Shown here in pieces: positions 11,489-24,467 of a stretch of DNA of 64,000 bases. The DNA lies in the NCBI RefSeq assembly GCF_963921235.1, contig NC_086097.1, positions 131,504,001 to 131,568,000 of the forward strand, written 5' to 3'. How positions within the stretch are numbered: position 1 is the first letter of the stretch; each line of letters starts with the position of its first letter. Source of the stretch: Mobula hypostoma (lineage: Eukaryota). Made by a program: the position numbers and the translations under genes. The notes below the pieces were generated by a model. That model ran no database searches. It was not told the DNA's origin and saw nothing but the letters and a program-made list of their open reading frames with translations.

Positions 11489-12269
11489 CATCATTTCTGA
11501 CTGATGCTACCCGACCTGCTGAGTTCATCCAGTGTACTGAAAGTGTTTCTTCAATACTCCCCCAGGTACTCTATCTGGACCAGATGTTTTCATTGGATTC
11601 ACTCTCTTGAAGGCAGCCCGCATGTCATCTTCAAATACTGAGACCAAAGGATCATTGGAAGACAAGGGGGTGTGTGACGATTCTTCCCTGTTCTGGTGGT
11701 CAAAGCAAGCATAGAAGGGCTGTTATGGAAGTGAAGCTCTGTTGTCGTAAGATTTAACTTTGTAGGCAGTTTTGGCATTCAAACCCTGCCACAGCCACCA
11801 AGCATCCTTCAATGCCGGTCCAGTCCACAATCTCCACTTCGCCCGAGAGATGGCTTTCTGGAGATCATACCGGCACCTCTTGTAGCATTCTTGTTCTCCA
11901 GATTAGTAATGAAAAGTAGTGTTGGTCTCTTGATGCTGAGATGCCACTCTGTGTATTGCTCAGGGGACACCTTGCAATTGTCTCTATGTATTTATGGAGA
12001 CTTCATTGTCCTGCACTCCATGTAACACAACACTGAAAACCATAGGGGAGCAGACAGTGCTGCAGGAAGAGCAGTGAAAAGACTCCGAGCCTGACGGCCA
12101 GGAAGAACATCCCGAGAGCAGCAGGAGCAGGGCAAGCCAGAGGGAGAGGGTGGTTCCCAGGCAGATATCAACTGTCTCATCTCTGAAATAATCAGGGAGG
12201 GAGACATTCGAGTCTTGAGATTTTGGGAAGTCCTGAATGCAGAGTTGTTTCTCCTAAGGAAACTACTAT

Positions 12270-12690
12270 GTCTGCACTTCTTTCTGCCTTAGAAAAGTAG
12301 CCAATATCATCAAAGACCCTTTCCACCTCATTCATTCTCTCTTCTACATCCTTCCATCGGGCAGAAGATAGAAAAGCTTGAAAATGTGCTGCACCAGACT
12401 CAAGGATAGTTTCTATTACGTTGTTATAAGGCTATTGAATAAACCTCCTGTACAATAAAGATGAACTCGGGACCTTACAATCCAACTTATTATGGTCCTT
12501 GCACATTACTGCCCACCTGCACTGTACTTTCTCCGTAACTGTAATGGTAACACCATATTCTGCATTCTGTTATTACTTTTCCCTTGTGCTAGTTCCATGT
12601 CAATCAATAATGCAATGAAGGCATGCAAAATAAAGATTTTCACTGTATCTCAGTGCATGTGACAATATTAAAGCAATTGTTAATTCACAA
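12270..12690 (+). mobile_element. Rex1-type LINE 3' fragment
   Basis: aaagtagccaatatcatcaaagaccct...ccatcgggcagaagat...agactcaaggatagtttct (IIKDP...PSGRR...RLKDSF) plus tail. Confidence 0.75.
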
Positions 12691-13282
12691 TTCAAGTGAT
12701 ATCTTCAGCACTCCAATCATTATATATTAATAATCAGGTGTGGGAGCAATAATGCTTCTCATTCTGCTTTGCCTATCCATCTACACTGATTATAACTCAC
12801 AAATGAATCAATCAAATCTGATTTCTGAGATACCTTGTTACATCTCTGTATTTTGATGAGTGAAACCTCATTTTAAGGATGCAGTCCTCTGCACCTAATT
12901 CACTTTGCTGGGAGGACCTTTGTGTAAACAGTGGTCGAGAGGATGAGTGTTTTGTAATGCCCAACATAGAAGGCAGGTTTTTGACTATGAAGCAAATACA
13001 GCTTTGGGCAGATACTTGTGCTATTGGGTGGGGAGTGCACAGAAGGGCAAAAACGTCAAGGCAATGAAGTCCATCCATATCCAGCAATGGAGCTTCATAT
13101 GATATTTCTTTAAACCAATTGTACTGATTGATAATTCTGAGTAGTAGAGCACCCAGTTAACTGTACGTGAAGTCAATACCATAATGGGAAGTCTGATGTG
13201 AGGTATTGGTTGATGGAAAAGAACATTACTTCTGCAAAATAATATTCTTGTGATTTTTTTATGTATTTAATCTCATTGGGAA

Positions 13283-14030
13283 TTCAAAGTCGAAGTCAAG
13301 TTTATTGCCACATGCACCAGTACATTTATGCACAGGTGCAATGAAAAATTTACTTGCAACAACATTGCTGCTACATCGCACAGCATTCTCAAGAAAACAT
13401 AAATTAACGTAAATAACACACAATTATATAATAGAATATATTTAGAACAAAAAATATCCATTGTAGTAGGAAAGGAAAGGTACGTCACATCCGGAATTCC
13501 TCCAGTTAGTGGACAATTTCCCTCCATGCCTCTCTGACGTAATGGGGAACTGCGTATGAGGCAAGTTACAGCAGTGGGTTGCCCCATTGCCTTTTGCAGG
13601 GTGAGTTTCCAAAGAGATCACCAGCTCGTAACCCAGCACGGATGGAAAGCATGCAGGGGAGCCGACTGGACTCGAACTTGGGACCTTTCATCCCGAAGTC
13701 CGGCACTGATGTCACTACGCCACCAGCCGGGTCCCATTGTAGTAGAAAGTGGTAAAAATGGTGATAGCGTCGCTATATTGAGGTAGTGATAGGAGTTGTG
13801 CAGGTTGGTTGAAGAACTGAATGGCTGAATGGAAATAGCTGTTCTTGAATCTGATGTGTGGGACTTCAGTCTTCTGTACATCCTGTCCAATGGTAGCTGC
13901 GAGAAGAAGGCTTGGCCCAGATGGTGGGAATCTTTGAAAATAGCGGGTTTTATTCTGGAGTTAGCACCTCATACAGATACTACCATTGGTGGGGAGGCAC
14001 ACGTTCATGATGTTTTGGGCAGAGTGCACC
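13283..14030 (-). mobile_element. Rex1-type LINE 3' fragment, interrupted by a SINE
   Basis: Tail aagtcaagtttattgcc at the left end; gctgttcttgaatctgatgtgtgggacttcagtcttctgtacatcctg is the reverse complement of the C-terminus. Confidence 0.75.
13470..13733 (-). mobile_element. tRNA-derived SINE with RTE-type body and tail, 12-bp TSD
   Basis: Minus strand: A-box-like TGGCGTAGTGA, B-box-like GTTCGAGTCC, ggcaatggggcaacccactgctgtaacttgcc (Bov-A/RTE-like motif), cctttcctttc tail; TSD CCATTGTAGTAG at 13458-13469 and 13734-13745. Confidence 0.85.
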
Positions 14031-14807
14031 CTTGTGAGTGTGTGTGTTGTTTCAATCTCGCAGTCTGCATGTTGTGCTCAAGCACATGAGCGTTAAGCTT
14101 TGTGCTTTGTCTCACTCCTATCTAGTCCTTCTATAAGAGGGTAAGGTTGAACTGAGCAGCCTGTTGTCAGCTGTTTTCACATAAGAATTGCTTGAAGATA
14201 TGATCAGTCCCACTGAACAGAAGGGATTACCTGTCTCAGGAGAATTAGGTGAATACTACATCAAATACATTATGTGGCAGCTTTCCGGCGATTTCCCTGA
14301 GTTTTTCTTGTCTGTCTGCCTCTCTCTCTCTCATCTGGAACTGTCTCAGTCCTCCAGATTGGTTAGGCGAAGTTCGCATTGTTGAGGGAACACGAGGCAG
14401 GCAGAAGAAAATTATGAAATCTTGGTGGTCGTACCATGGCAACCAAGCAAAGAGTTCTTGCAAAGAAAGCAGCTCGCAGAAAATAGCAATATTTCTCTTT
14501 GTGTTTCCCCACTTGACATTTTTATCCCTCCATCTGTTTCACGCTGACTGCATGATAGGCTTACTCTGTTTCTAAAGTATTCTTCCCCCAGAAAGGGCAA
14601 AAAAAAACCCTCAAAAGATTTACTTTAAAACTCCTGTCATTCCCCAAAGTTAAATGAATACTGTACTATTTCCAAGTAGCAAATTGCATAGTGGATTGTT
14701 AGCTAATGTTTTGTTGAAATGTGGTGCGGTGCTTCCTTTCAATCGTTTCTAATTGAAAGGAATTAGAAATGATTGAGTCCTTTCTCTCTGCAGTACATAT
14801 CTTTTAG

Positions 14808-14816
14808 CAAGCAGCG
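14808..14816 (+). other. Candidate 9-nt microexon CAAGCAGCG (or 23 nt from 14794)
   Basis: tcctttctctctgcagtacatatcttttAG|caagcagcg|GTGAGT in a repeat-free island; gene not identified. Confidence 0.3.
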
Positions 14817-15504
14817 GTGAGTAGACGGGGCACTGCTGTTATCACTTGGGGGTAATTGGGAGCTGTGTGGAAGTTTCATGTCTGCGTTCTGTGTCTTCCA
14901 TCTCTCTGGGTTTCCTTGTGAAAGGACTTTCTTTTGTGCTTTTCAGTTCAGTTCTTGTACAGAGAGTCACAAGTGTATGAAATGGCCACTACATGACCTT
15001 TGAGATTTGGACGATCCTGTTGACATTACGGGAATAATGGGCTAAATATTATTCATTCAGTTTAAAAAGCAAAACAAGGAGGATTTACATTCTAACTTCA
15101 GAATAGAAGCCTGCATTTATATAACATCTGTAGCAACCAAAGGCCATCCTATAATACTTCACACCCAATAAACTACTTCTTAATTCATTCATGGAATGAT
15201 GGCTGAGTCAATGTTCATTGTGCATCACCGACAATTTCCTGAGCTGTTTCTCATTTGGGTGTATTGCAATGGTTTGGAGTCACATGTAGGTCAGAATGTC
15301 TAAACTCAGCAGCATTCCTTCTTAAGGGGCACCAGGGAAACATAATAGGTTTTTAACAACGATCTTGTAGTTTGCTGGTTGCTATAATTTTTATGCCAGA
15401 TTTACTTAAACAACTGAATTTAACTCTCTTCTCTGACTATGGGATTTGAATTTGCTACATTGGATCTTAGACTGGATCTCTGGATCACTAGACAAGGACT
15501 CATA

Positions 15505-16075
15505 AAGTCATAGAATTGTAGAGCAGAATGAATCAGGCCCTTGGGCCCAACATGTCCACGGTGACCAAGCTGCCTACATGAGCTAATCCCATTTTCCTGC
15601 ATTTGTTCCCAGCTCCCTCTAAACTTTTCCTATCCTTGTACTTGCCTTTTAAATGTTGTAATTTTACCTGCCTCTTCCATTGTTACACTTCCTTTGGCAG
15701 AGCTCATCCCAGCTCCCACCACCTTCTGCATGACAAATAAATAAATCTTTCACAACCCCTTTAAATCCTTTTGCTTTCACCTTAAACCTTTGCCCTCTCC
15801 TTTCTTAATTTCCTTTGCTGTGTAAAAAAAAACTGTGCACTCATCCTTTCTATCTTCCTAATGATTTTATCCACCTTTTAAGATCACATCTCAGTTTCCT
15901 ACACTACAGTGAATAAAGTCCTAGTCTGCCCAATCTCTTCCTATAACTCAGGCACAGGCAACATTCTTGTAAATCTTCTTTGCAGTTTTCCAGTGTAATG
16001 ACGTATTTCCTATAACAGGTTAACCAAAACTGTGTACAATACTTAGGAGCATCCTCACCGATGTCTTGTGCATTG
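15505..16075 (-). mobile_element. CR1 LINE 3' fragment
   Basis: catagaatt...caggcccttgggcccaac...gagctaatcccatt...caaaactgtgtacaatact; resembles the 3' end of the CR1 at 49196. Confidence 0.75.
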
Positions 16076-16093
16076 GGAAGATACCAAGGAACT

Positions 16094-16254
16094 ATTTCTT
16101 ACTATCCCTTCTTTCAATTAGTCCTGACGAAGGATTCTGGCCTGAAACGTCAACTGTACCTCTTCCTATAGATGCTGCCTGGCCTGCTGCGTTCACCAGC
16201 ATTTTTTGTGTGTGTTGCTTGAATTTCCAGCATCTGCATATTTCCTCGTGTCTG
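16094..16254 (+). mobile_element. Solo PLE 3'-terminal copy with near-intact hammerhead core
   Basis: ttagtcCTGACGAaggattctggcctGAAACGTCaactgtacc...; possible TSD aggaact at 16087-16093 and 16255-16261. Confidence 0.8.
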
Positions 16255-19200
16255 AGGAACTCAGGAGTCTAGTTTTGAGGTTAGAATCAGATCGGCCACC
16301 ATTTCATTGGCTTAAATTGTTGAACAGCCTATCCCAGCTCTTAATTCATATATTTATATGTGTGACTGCGCTGGGAGCAACAGCCCTAATTAAATGCTGA
16401 AGTTTCTGATTTGGGCCACAGCCTTGTTGCAGGGTTTGGAGGCTTGTGTGTCCAGAGAATTATGTTGGCTGGAATCAGGACATTATGCTTTGGCTCTTGG
16501 TGGGGTCACCTATGGCCTCGAGGTGCAGTGTCAAAAGTACTACCTCCTGAAATGTTATACTGAGTTTCAGTAAATTATCCATTTAAAATAAATGGATACG
16601 GTTGTCACAAATCTGAGCTCATTCAAGGTCAAGTTGTTACATGCAAATTTTGTAAAGATGAGCAATTTTAATTCCATGTAGGAGAAACAAGACTTCAAGG
16701 AATGGGATATTTTGATCTCTACCTATATTGTAAATTTTTAGTGAATTATGGAAATATCTGATATATCTGGCCTACCTTATTTACTATATAACTAGTGAAT
16801 TAAACTGTAGGGACTGCAAACATTATTGGGTTTTAATGGTATGTAACTCTGGGTATCCAAAGGGCCTACTTGTTTTGGTGATAGGTACTTTGAATATGGA
16901 AATCAGCTCCCAAAAGCCAAAGTTAAGGCACAACTGAAGCAGTGCATCATTTCCTAATCTCCTGCACTTTGGAAGGAAATACTTGTCTTCGAGAGAGCAC
17001 AGCACAATTTGATCAGAACATTATCAGCCCTTGACCATGAGGAAAGATTACATAACTCAGGATTTTTTTTCCCTGGAGTTTCATGCGATTACATGGTGCA
17101 TGAGCTAATCTTTGTTGTTTTTTTCTAATGGCTTGGGGTGTTTTTAACCACAAATCTCGCTATATTCCAATCTCATGAACAGCTTGGTTTTGCAAGGGGA
17201 GAATGACATCTTTAATCTTCCTGACTTAAAAATACATCACTGTTCCTTCACCATCGCTGGGGCAAAACTCTCTCGCTAACAGCACTGTGGATATACCCAC
17301 ATATCAAGGATGGTAGCAGTTCAAAAAGACAGCTCGCCACTTCCTCCTCAAGGGCAACCTGGGATTGGTATGCCACATTCCTTGAATGAATAAAAAGAAC
17401 GAATGTATGACCTCACATACATGTATGTTTGCTAATTAGATTCTCATTCTGTGAGCTTATTAATATTTTCATGTATTCGGGCCGCCTCTGTGCTAATTAC
17501 ATCCCTCAAATTAGCCTTAACCCTTAAATGAAAAGTTTGAAGTTGTTCTTCTATCTTCCTCTCTGCCCAATTAAGTGACGAATATCAGTCATCCATGCTG
17601 CCAGCCTTTGAAAGTACTCCTTCCTCCATTTAACATTGTATGTATCTACTGTTAACCGCAGCTCTGGTTTCTGTGCGGTCGGCATCTTATTACCCATTCA
17701 TTTACTTAGTGCTTGACTCCCTGTGCAGAAGAAATTCACGGGTCAGCTATCCATTCTAATATCCTCCTTAAAGCGTTTGGAAATTAACAGATTTTTGGCT
17801 GTTGAGGGAATCAAGTGATATGATAGTAGGCAGGAAAGGGATATGCATCAGGAAATGTAGAGGAAGCTTGACCCAAATGCAGAGCAGCAGAAGCAATTTA
17901 GTGGTGGGCAAATACTTTAGTAATAAATTGCAAAATAACAAGTGATGAGTGGCCCACAGACCAAGAGAAAATGGATACTGAACATAACAAGGTAACCAAA
18001 GGCTAGGAGCAACTGGTTGGGGCTGGCTGATTCAATGGGTGAACAAGGACTGTCCTTGAGAGCTGGGTTTAATAGGCTGCAGGTGTTGAGTTGGAAATGA
18101 GTGATGGGTGACTACTGTCAGCTAGGTGGGAAGAGCCTGCCTATGTGGACCTGACAATATGGTGTAGGCTAGGTGAGTAGGTACTAAAGCTGAGGGAAGT
18201 CAATGGGAATGTGGGGAGAATAAAATGGGATTGGTATAGATAAGTACTTGCTGGTTGGTGCAAATTTGTTGGGTTGAAAGTCCTACATCCCTGCCATATA
18301 ACTCTATGAGCAAGCTAATATGCAGTTCAGGCCTTGTATCAAATAGTGACAAAACAGAATCAAAGTTGTTGAATAGCCTCCTTCTGTAAGAATGACATAA
18401 CCAGGAGCCTGTGTGCTAACTTGGATCAAATTTGGAATCTCATCTGGGGTGGGGGGGAATGGATACCCCTTTGAAGAAAGGAGTTAGCCTTAATTTACTG
18501 TCCCTTTATTCACTTCAAGTCATCTAATATATTTAAAGGCAAAGGTTGATAGATTCATGATTAGTCAGGGCATGAAGGGATAGGAGGCTGAGAGGAAAAA
18601 TGGATCAGCTGTGATGAAATGCTGGAGCAGATGCGATGGGCCAAATGGCTTAATTCTGCTTCTATAACTTATGGCCTTTAGTTCTTCTGTTGATGAATCT
18701 TGTAAACAATACCCCATGCACAGAGTGCTGAGCAGTCATGTAAAGCTCAATTCTAGTATTGCAGGCACCTGCCATGTTGTTGAAATGAAGCTCTTCCAAG
18801 CAACATGCTGAAAATTTCTCTCAACAGCCCTGCGGAAGTACCCTTGTCAAAGGAACTGCATCGGTTTAGGAGGCAGTTGACGACCACCTCCTCAACAGCA
18901 CTGAGGGATGGGTAATAAAGGCTGACATCGTCAGCAACACCAACAGTGAGAAAGAAGTAATTGTCCCAATAATCTGTTTTCTGTCGAAGGATGTTGTCCA
19001 TAATTTCCTCATTTTACAATTGCTCCTTCATTTGATAAAAGTCATTTTCTGACATTTGGCCAGCCAACTCAATTTTGGTGATTTTTCATTTGAAGATGTT
19101 TCTGCTGTGAAGTACTGTCTATTGTTTGTCAGATCATATAGTTGAGCGTTTTTGAAAACATTTGCTTCCTCCGTCACATAATTCAAGTGCTTTAGAATTA

Positions 19201-20189
19201 TATTGCCTCTACCAACTTGTCCAAGTTATTCCAGATAATCAATCACCTTGTGAATGAAGTATGCCCTGCCATTTGTTCCGAACTTGCTTTCTTTTTTACC
19301 AGCAGTACCTCCAACCTGGTTTAATTTTTATTTCTTTGGATGAGTTGCATCACCCTGTTGTTGAAGTATTAAAAGATCTGTCAAAATACCCAGGCAGGGA
19401 TGAGTGAACAATCTCTGAGAACTCAGTTGATTCAATTCACTGTTATCTCATCTAATGGTTTTGAATTTGAACGGGGCACAAGGTGATTGAAGGAGTTTCT
19501 CTTCCCCTCCCTCTGAATGTGGCTCTGCACTGAGCCTGAGAATGAAATAATTCAAACTTTTTCAAGCTTGTACCATGAAAAGTTGATGCTGTGTTGAGCA
19601 GATAAAATCCATTGTCTTTCAAATGAGAGAACTGTGATCCTTTGGTCCTGTGATAGAGGGAACACACCTTATTTTTTCATTTCCCCAGCTTCCTCATAAA
19701 TCCTTCAATACTTTTTGCCCCAGGCATTGCTGGAGTGAGCTCCACTTTGGCATCAGAGTGAAGAAATAACCATGAATTTCTTATGGAAGTTATGAGTAAC
19801 TGTTTTATATATAAGGTAGGATGGGGGAAAAATTCTTTCCCATCTTTCTTTTTGTCATTTACTCAGTCTCATTCCATCGATTTCATCCCTCCATTGAATC
19901 CTCTCTCACTCTCTGTTTTCCTCTAATCATCCCTTCCTCCATCCATGTGTCCAAGAAGGCACAACCCTTTCCTCCATCAAGGACATCTTCAAAAGGCGGT
20001 GATTTACTAATTCCATTATTAAGGATCCTCACCATCATGAACATATCCCTTTTCTCCTTACTCATATTGGGGAGGAGGTAGAGGAGATTGGACACCCACA
20101 CTCAGAACTTCAGGAACAGCTTCTCACCCTCTGCCATCAGATTCATGAATGGTTCATGAACCCCTGAACACTATCTCACTATTCTCAAT

Positions 20190-21030
20190 TAGAATCAGAA
20201 TCAGATTTCTTATCATCAGGCCAGGCAGCATCTATGGAAAAGAGTAAACAGTTGGCATTTTGGACTGAGCCCCTTCATCAAGTCCTGAAGAAGGCTTTTG
20301 GCCCAAATCATCGACAGTTTACTCCTTTCCATGGATACTGCCTGGCCTGCTGAGTTCTTCCAGCATTTTGTGAGTGTAGCTTGGATTTCCAGCATCTGGA
20401 GATTTTCTCGTCTTAGAATTATTATCATTGTCTTTTTGACGTGAAATATGTTTTTTGGCGACCACAGTACAGTCTAAAGATATAAAATACTATAAATTAC
20501 ATAGTATATAGGATCTAAAAAGGAATAATGAGGTTCTGTTCATCATCCTGTGCATTGGAGGCTCCATAACACACTGTGATGCAAACAGTCAGAATACTCT
20601 TTAGTATACATCTGTAGAAATTTGCAAGTCTTTTGCAGCATATCATATCTCTTCTAACTCCTATTGAAGAGTTGCTGGTGTGTCTTCTTCATGATTGCGT
20701 CAATGTCTTAGTCTTAAGATAGATCCTCTGAGATGTTGAACCCAGGATCTCTCATCTCCTGTACACCTCCTCATTACCATGTGAGATTTTACCAACAACT
20801 GTGGTGTCATTTGCAAATTTATGCTAGATGGTGTTTGAGCTGTATTTAGCCACACAGTTGTGAGTATATAAAGAGTGGAACAGTGGGCTAAGCGTGAATC
20901 CTTGAGATGCATCTGTGTTGATTGTCATGAGGAGGAGATATTAACACTGATCCATACTGCCTGTTTTCTCCTGATGAGGAAGTTAAGGATCTAGTTGCAG
21001 TGGTACAACAGGCCCAGGTTTAGAAGTTTG
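20190..21030 (-). mobile_element. Deleted Rex1-type LINE (minus), with a PLE palindrome inserted in its tail
   Basis: (aatcag)n tail; gtggtgtcatttgcaaatttatg is the reverse complement of KFA(N/D)DTT; same layout as 42690-43680. Confidence 0.7.
20216..20412. repeat. Head-to-head palindromic PLE-terminus element centred on the hammerhead
   Basis: caggccaggcagcatctatggaaaagagtaaacagttg...ccccttcatca|agtcctgaagaagg...gacagtttactcctttccatggatactgcctggcctg; flanks agatttcttatcat / agaattattatcat. Confidence 0.82.
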
Positions 21031-21404
21031 GTAATTAATATTTTCCATGCATCCTCTCTCTCTCGCTCCCTCTACCTAGTGTATCTCTCTATCGCTGTCT
21101 CTTCCCTCTTTTCTCTATCCTTTCCCCCTTTTTTCTATACCTCCATCTCTCCCTCCTATTTTTACACCTTTCTTTTTCTCCCTTTCTCCTTGGTTTCTTG
21201 ACACAATGGATTATCTCAGCCATGGCTGGTACTTAACATGTGAACCCTTGACACAGAAGCCAACAGCTTCAAGTTTCACTTCAGAAACTTAAGTACTAAT
21301 TGAATACTGGACTGTCATAGCTCTGATTTTTTTTAGAAACAATGATAAAATAAGAACTGTGACCTCACAGTCAGAGATAACTCTGAGATATATTAGAATT
21401 CATA

Positions 21405-21552
21405 CACACAAGCAACACACACAAAATGCTGGAGGAATTCAGCAGGCCAGACTGCATCTATGGAAAAGAGTACAGTCGACGTTTCTGGCCAAGATCCTCC
21501 AGCATTTTGTGTGCCTTGCTCGGATTTCCAGCATCTGCTGGTTTTCTCTTAT
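21405..21552. repeat. Inverted, internally deleted pair of PLE termini
   Basis: caagcaacacacacaaaatgctggagg...gtcgacgtttc on the left; cctccagcattttgtgtg...gatttccagcatctgc on the right. Confidence 0.75.
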
Positions 21553-21569
21553 TAAATAGTTAAAACAGA

Positions 21570-22070
21570 GTCAAAAGCCCTATAGTGCAACTTGTCCACA
21601 CCAACCAAGATGCCCACCTAAGCTAGTCCTCTTTCACTGTGTTTAGACCATATTCCTTTAAATTTTGGTATCCACATACCTGTCCAAATATCTTTCAAAT
21701 GTTGATATTGTACCTGCCTCAACCATTTCATCTGGATGCTCTTTCCATGGACATGCTACCTACTGCATGAAGGTTTTGCCTTCGGGTCCTTTGTAAATGT
21801 TTTCCTTCTTGCCTGAAGCCCAAGCCCTCTAGTTTTTGTTTCTCTTTCCTTGGGAAAATGTCTGTCTGCATTTACCCTATCTATACCCGTCATGATATTT
21901 CACAAATTTGTAAGCTTACCCATCATTCTCCCATGATCCTGAGAATAAAGTCCTAGCCCACACAACATTTCAATATAACTCGAATCCAGAAAACATCATT
22001 GCAATCTTTTCAGATTGATGACATCTTTCCAATAACAGGATGACCAAAATTGTACGTAGTACTCCATATA
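21570..22070 (-). mobile_element. CR1 LINE 3' fragment
   Basis: ccaaccaagatgccc...agctagtcc...ctgtccaaatatcttt...catttaccctatctatacc...gaccaaaattgtac. Confidence 0.72.
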
Positions 22071-22869
22071 TTATGAAAAAGAATAGGGAATTATTAAGAA
22101 AATCACTGACTACTTTATTAATTACACATTTTTATGGCACATGATCACTGCAGTCAATAGTGTCTAACTACCCTTTTGGAGTTGAGCTTTTGAACTACAA
22201 ACATTGTACTTGCATGAGTGGAGGAGAGATAGAGTCAAGGCAGCATCCGAGATTGAGGCAAGACCCAGGTTTGATTAATATATCAGTGTGGGGCCGAATT
22301 GGAAAGTTCGGGTACGTGCTGAATCGAGGTGGCAGGGCCCTGGCGAGAGGGTGTATCGAAGCAGTGGGGTTCAGCTCCGAGAGCCAGGAATGACCCAAGG
22401 TTTGGACATTTTAAGCGCCAAACCAGATTGAAAAGGTCAGGGTGTCGGGACTGGAGGAGAGGGATGGGCCTGTTCTGCTCGCGCCTCTGTGAGGTTTACT
22501 TGTTTCTGCGCTGAACTGAGGCTGTGGACTGCGACTAACCAGCTGTGGACTCACTTTTGTAAACTTCAGTTCTGAATGCTATTTGCTTACTTTTACTGTC
22601 AGCGTGATTTGTTACTTTTTCTGTACAACTTGGCGTTTGATAGTCTTTGTTTTTTAAATGGGTTATATTATTTTGTAGCTGCCTGTAAGGAGTTGAATCT
22701 CAAGGCTGTATATAGTAAATCTGATAATAAGTGTCTACAATAAATTTGATAATAATTGAGCTTTGAACTTTGAACTTCTGAACTTTGATCTCTTGGCGCA
22801 TGCTTATCCTCAATCAACATTAAGAAAAACAGATTTTCTTGTTATTATCACATCTACTTTCTCATTATT

Positions 22870-23405
22870 GTCAGCAGCCTACTTTGATAGGAGTTTGAGG
22901 AAATTTGGCAGGTCACCAATGCTTCTTAAAAATTTCTGTAGACATATGGTGGGAGAGCATTCTGTCTGGTTGCAACAAAGCCTGTTATGGAGGCTCCAGT
23001 GCAGAGCATTGTAAGAGGCTCTCCAGGGCTGTAGGCTCTGCTAGCTCAAACACGGGCACAACTTTCCCTGCCATCTATGACATCTTCAGGAGGTGCTGCC
23101 TCAAGAAGGTGGCATCCATTATCAAGGACCCATATCACCTAGGACATGCACTCTTTTCACGATTACCATCGGAGTGTATGCATATGAGCCTGAATATCCA
23201 CACTCAATGATCCAACAGCAGCTTCTTCCCCTCTGCCATCAGATTACTGAACTCTCCTTGAACCCTTGAACATGACCTCATTATTCCTTCATTTTGCACG
23301 ATGAAAAAAATTTTTTGTAATTTATAGCGATTTTATCTCTTTGCACTGTACTGCTGTTGAAAAACAAAAAATTTCATTCATCTAAGTCAGTAATAATAAA
23401 TTTGA
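22870..23405 (+). mobile_element. Rex1-type LINE 3' fragment
   Basis: ESILSGC...CCLKKVASIIKDPYHLGHALFSRLPS in ORF 22905-23210. Confidence 0.85.
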
Positions 23406-24408
23406 ACAAACTGGTGAATGAACTAGCAAAATAGGCATAATCTTATAAAATGGCAGAACAGGTTTCGGGAATCATAGGCCCCCCTGCCTTCTCCTCATAT
23501 GTATGTTTGTATGTAACATAACATAACACGCTTTCATTGCAGTTCAAGACACATTCTACGTTCTATGTTCTATATCAGTGCACTTTAAGGTGTAAACGTG
23601 AGTTAATTTGTTGGAATAAAACTAAACTGCCGTCCATCCATTTGAGAGAGAAGGGAGACCCTCAATAGACAGCATTCACACCAGTGTAGCTTTCCCTCAC
23701 TAGTCCACAGTGACAGCTTGGAGATTACTTACTCAAGTCTGTGGATAGGGCTTGAACGCAGAGATTTCTCACTCAGGGGCTGGGTGCCCATCTGCAAAGG
23801 CTGACATCTCAGTGGTAGACTTCCGCTTGTGTAGTTCAAACTGATTTATTGTTATCATTGTAATATCACAGTCAGCAGAGGGGACAGGAAATGGCTCTGA
23901 CAGTATGGGGGTAGAAGGGGAGAACTGTTCCAAAAGAAGAGGCAAACTAATCTCATTCAAAATCATGCCGTGAGGGAGTGCGGTTACCTGAATTATGCAT
24001 GTCCATTGTGTTGCAATATCATTAAGCAGTGAATGCCTCAGAAGCCTTTGCAATACTTCGACATCTATTGACACTCAGCTGAGTACAATGTCTCCACTGC
24101 GAAAGACAATTAGTCATATTTGTGTGTTAGAATTAATTGAGAGTGAGATGCAGGAGGCATAAAGAGAGAACAAAGAATTCCTTTTTTTGTCAATTCTTCT
24201 AACTGACAGCGATAATTAGATATATGAAATTGAAATTCCTCAGCAGGAGGCTTCTGTTGACAATGAATTTGCTTTTACTCTGCTCTGTAATTCTTTTGTG
24301 CTGTCATTTGTGGTCATTTGTTATTCAGCCTGAAATATACTGTATATGTAAGTAAAAAGACATCTGAGTTTAAGAGTAAAGGAAACAGACAGGCTCACAT
24401 GTCAATAT

Positions 24409-24410
<2 letters not shown>

Positions 24411-24466
<56 letters not shown>
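24411..24466. repeat. (CA)n microsatellite
   Basis: Directly visible. Confidence 0.97.

Positions 24467-24467
<1 letters not shown>

Larger units (their letters stand above)
9222..11546 (+). mobile_element. Penelope-like element (Neptune-type), 5'-truncated, young, with 14-bp TSD
   Basis: RT, GIY-YIG and hammerhead-bearing 3' end; TTCTTCAATACTCC at both 9208-9221 and 11547-11560. Confidence 0.95.
7744..11905 (-). mobile_element. Rex1/Babar-type LINE (RT and C-terminus, frameshifted), interrupted by the PLE at 9222-11546
   Basis: Minus-strand frames VLKNCANQLTSVFTNIFNLSL, TSTVMKCYERLV, WCNDNNLLLNVNKTQELIVDFR, VERVSNFKFLGVTISEDISW; removing the PLE and one TSD copy restores SGPDRVPGGVLKNCANQL. 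Confidence 0.93.

Noticed and set aside
13660..13733. Functional tRNA gene
   Set aside because: It is the head of a TSD-flanked SINE; no complete cloverleaf or poly-T terminator was seen
19689..19734. AG...GTGAGC-flanked 11-nt or 46-nt candidate exon
   Set aside because: Not frame-preserving and unsupported; shows that such matches arise by chance
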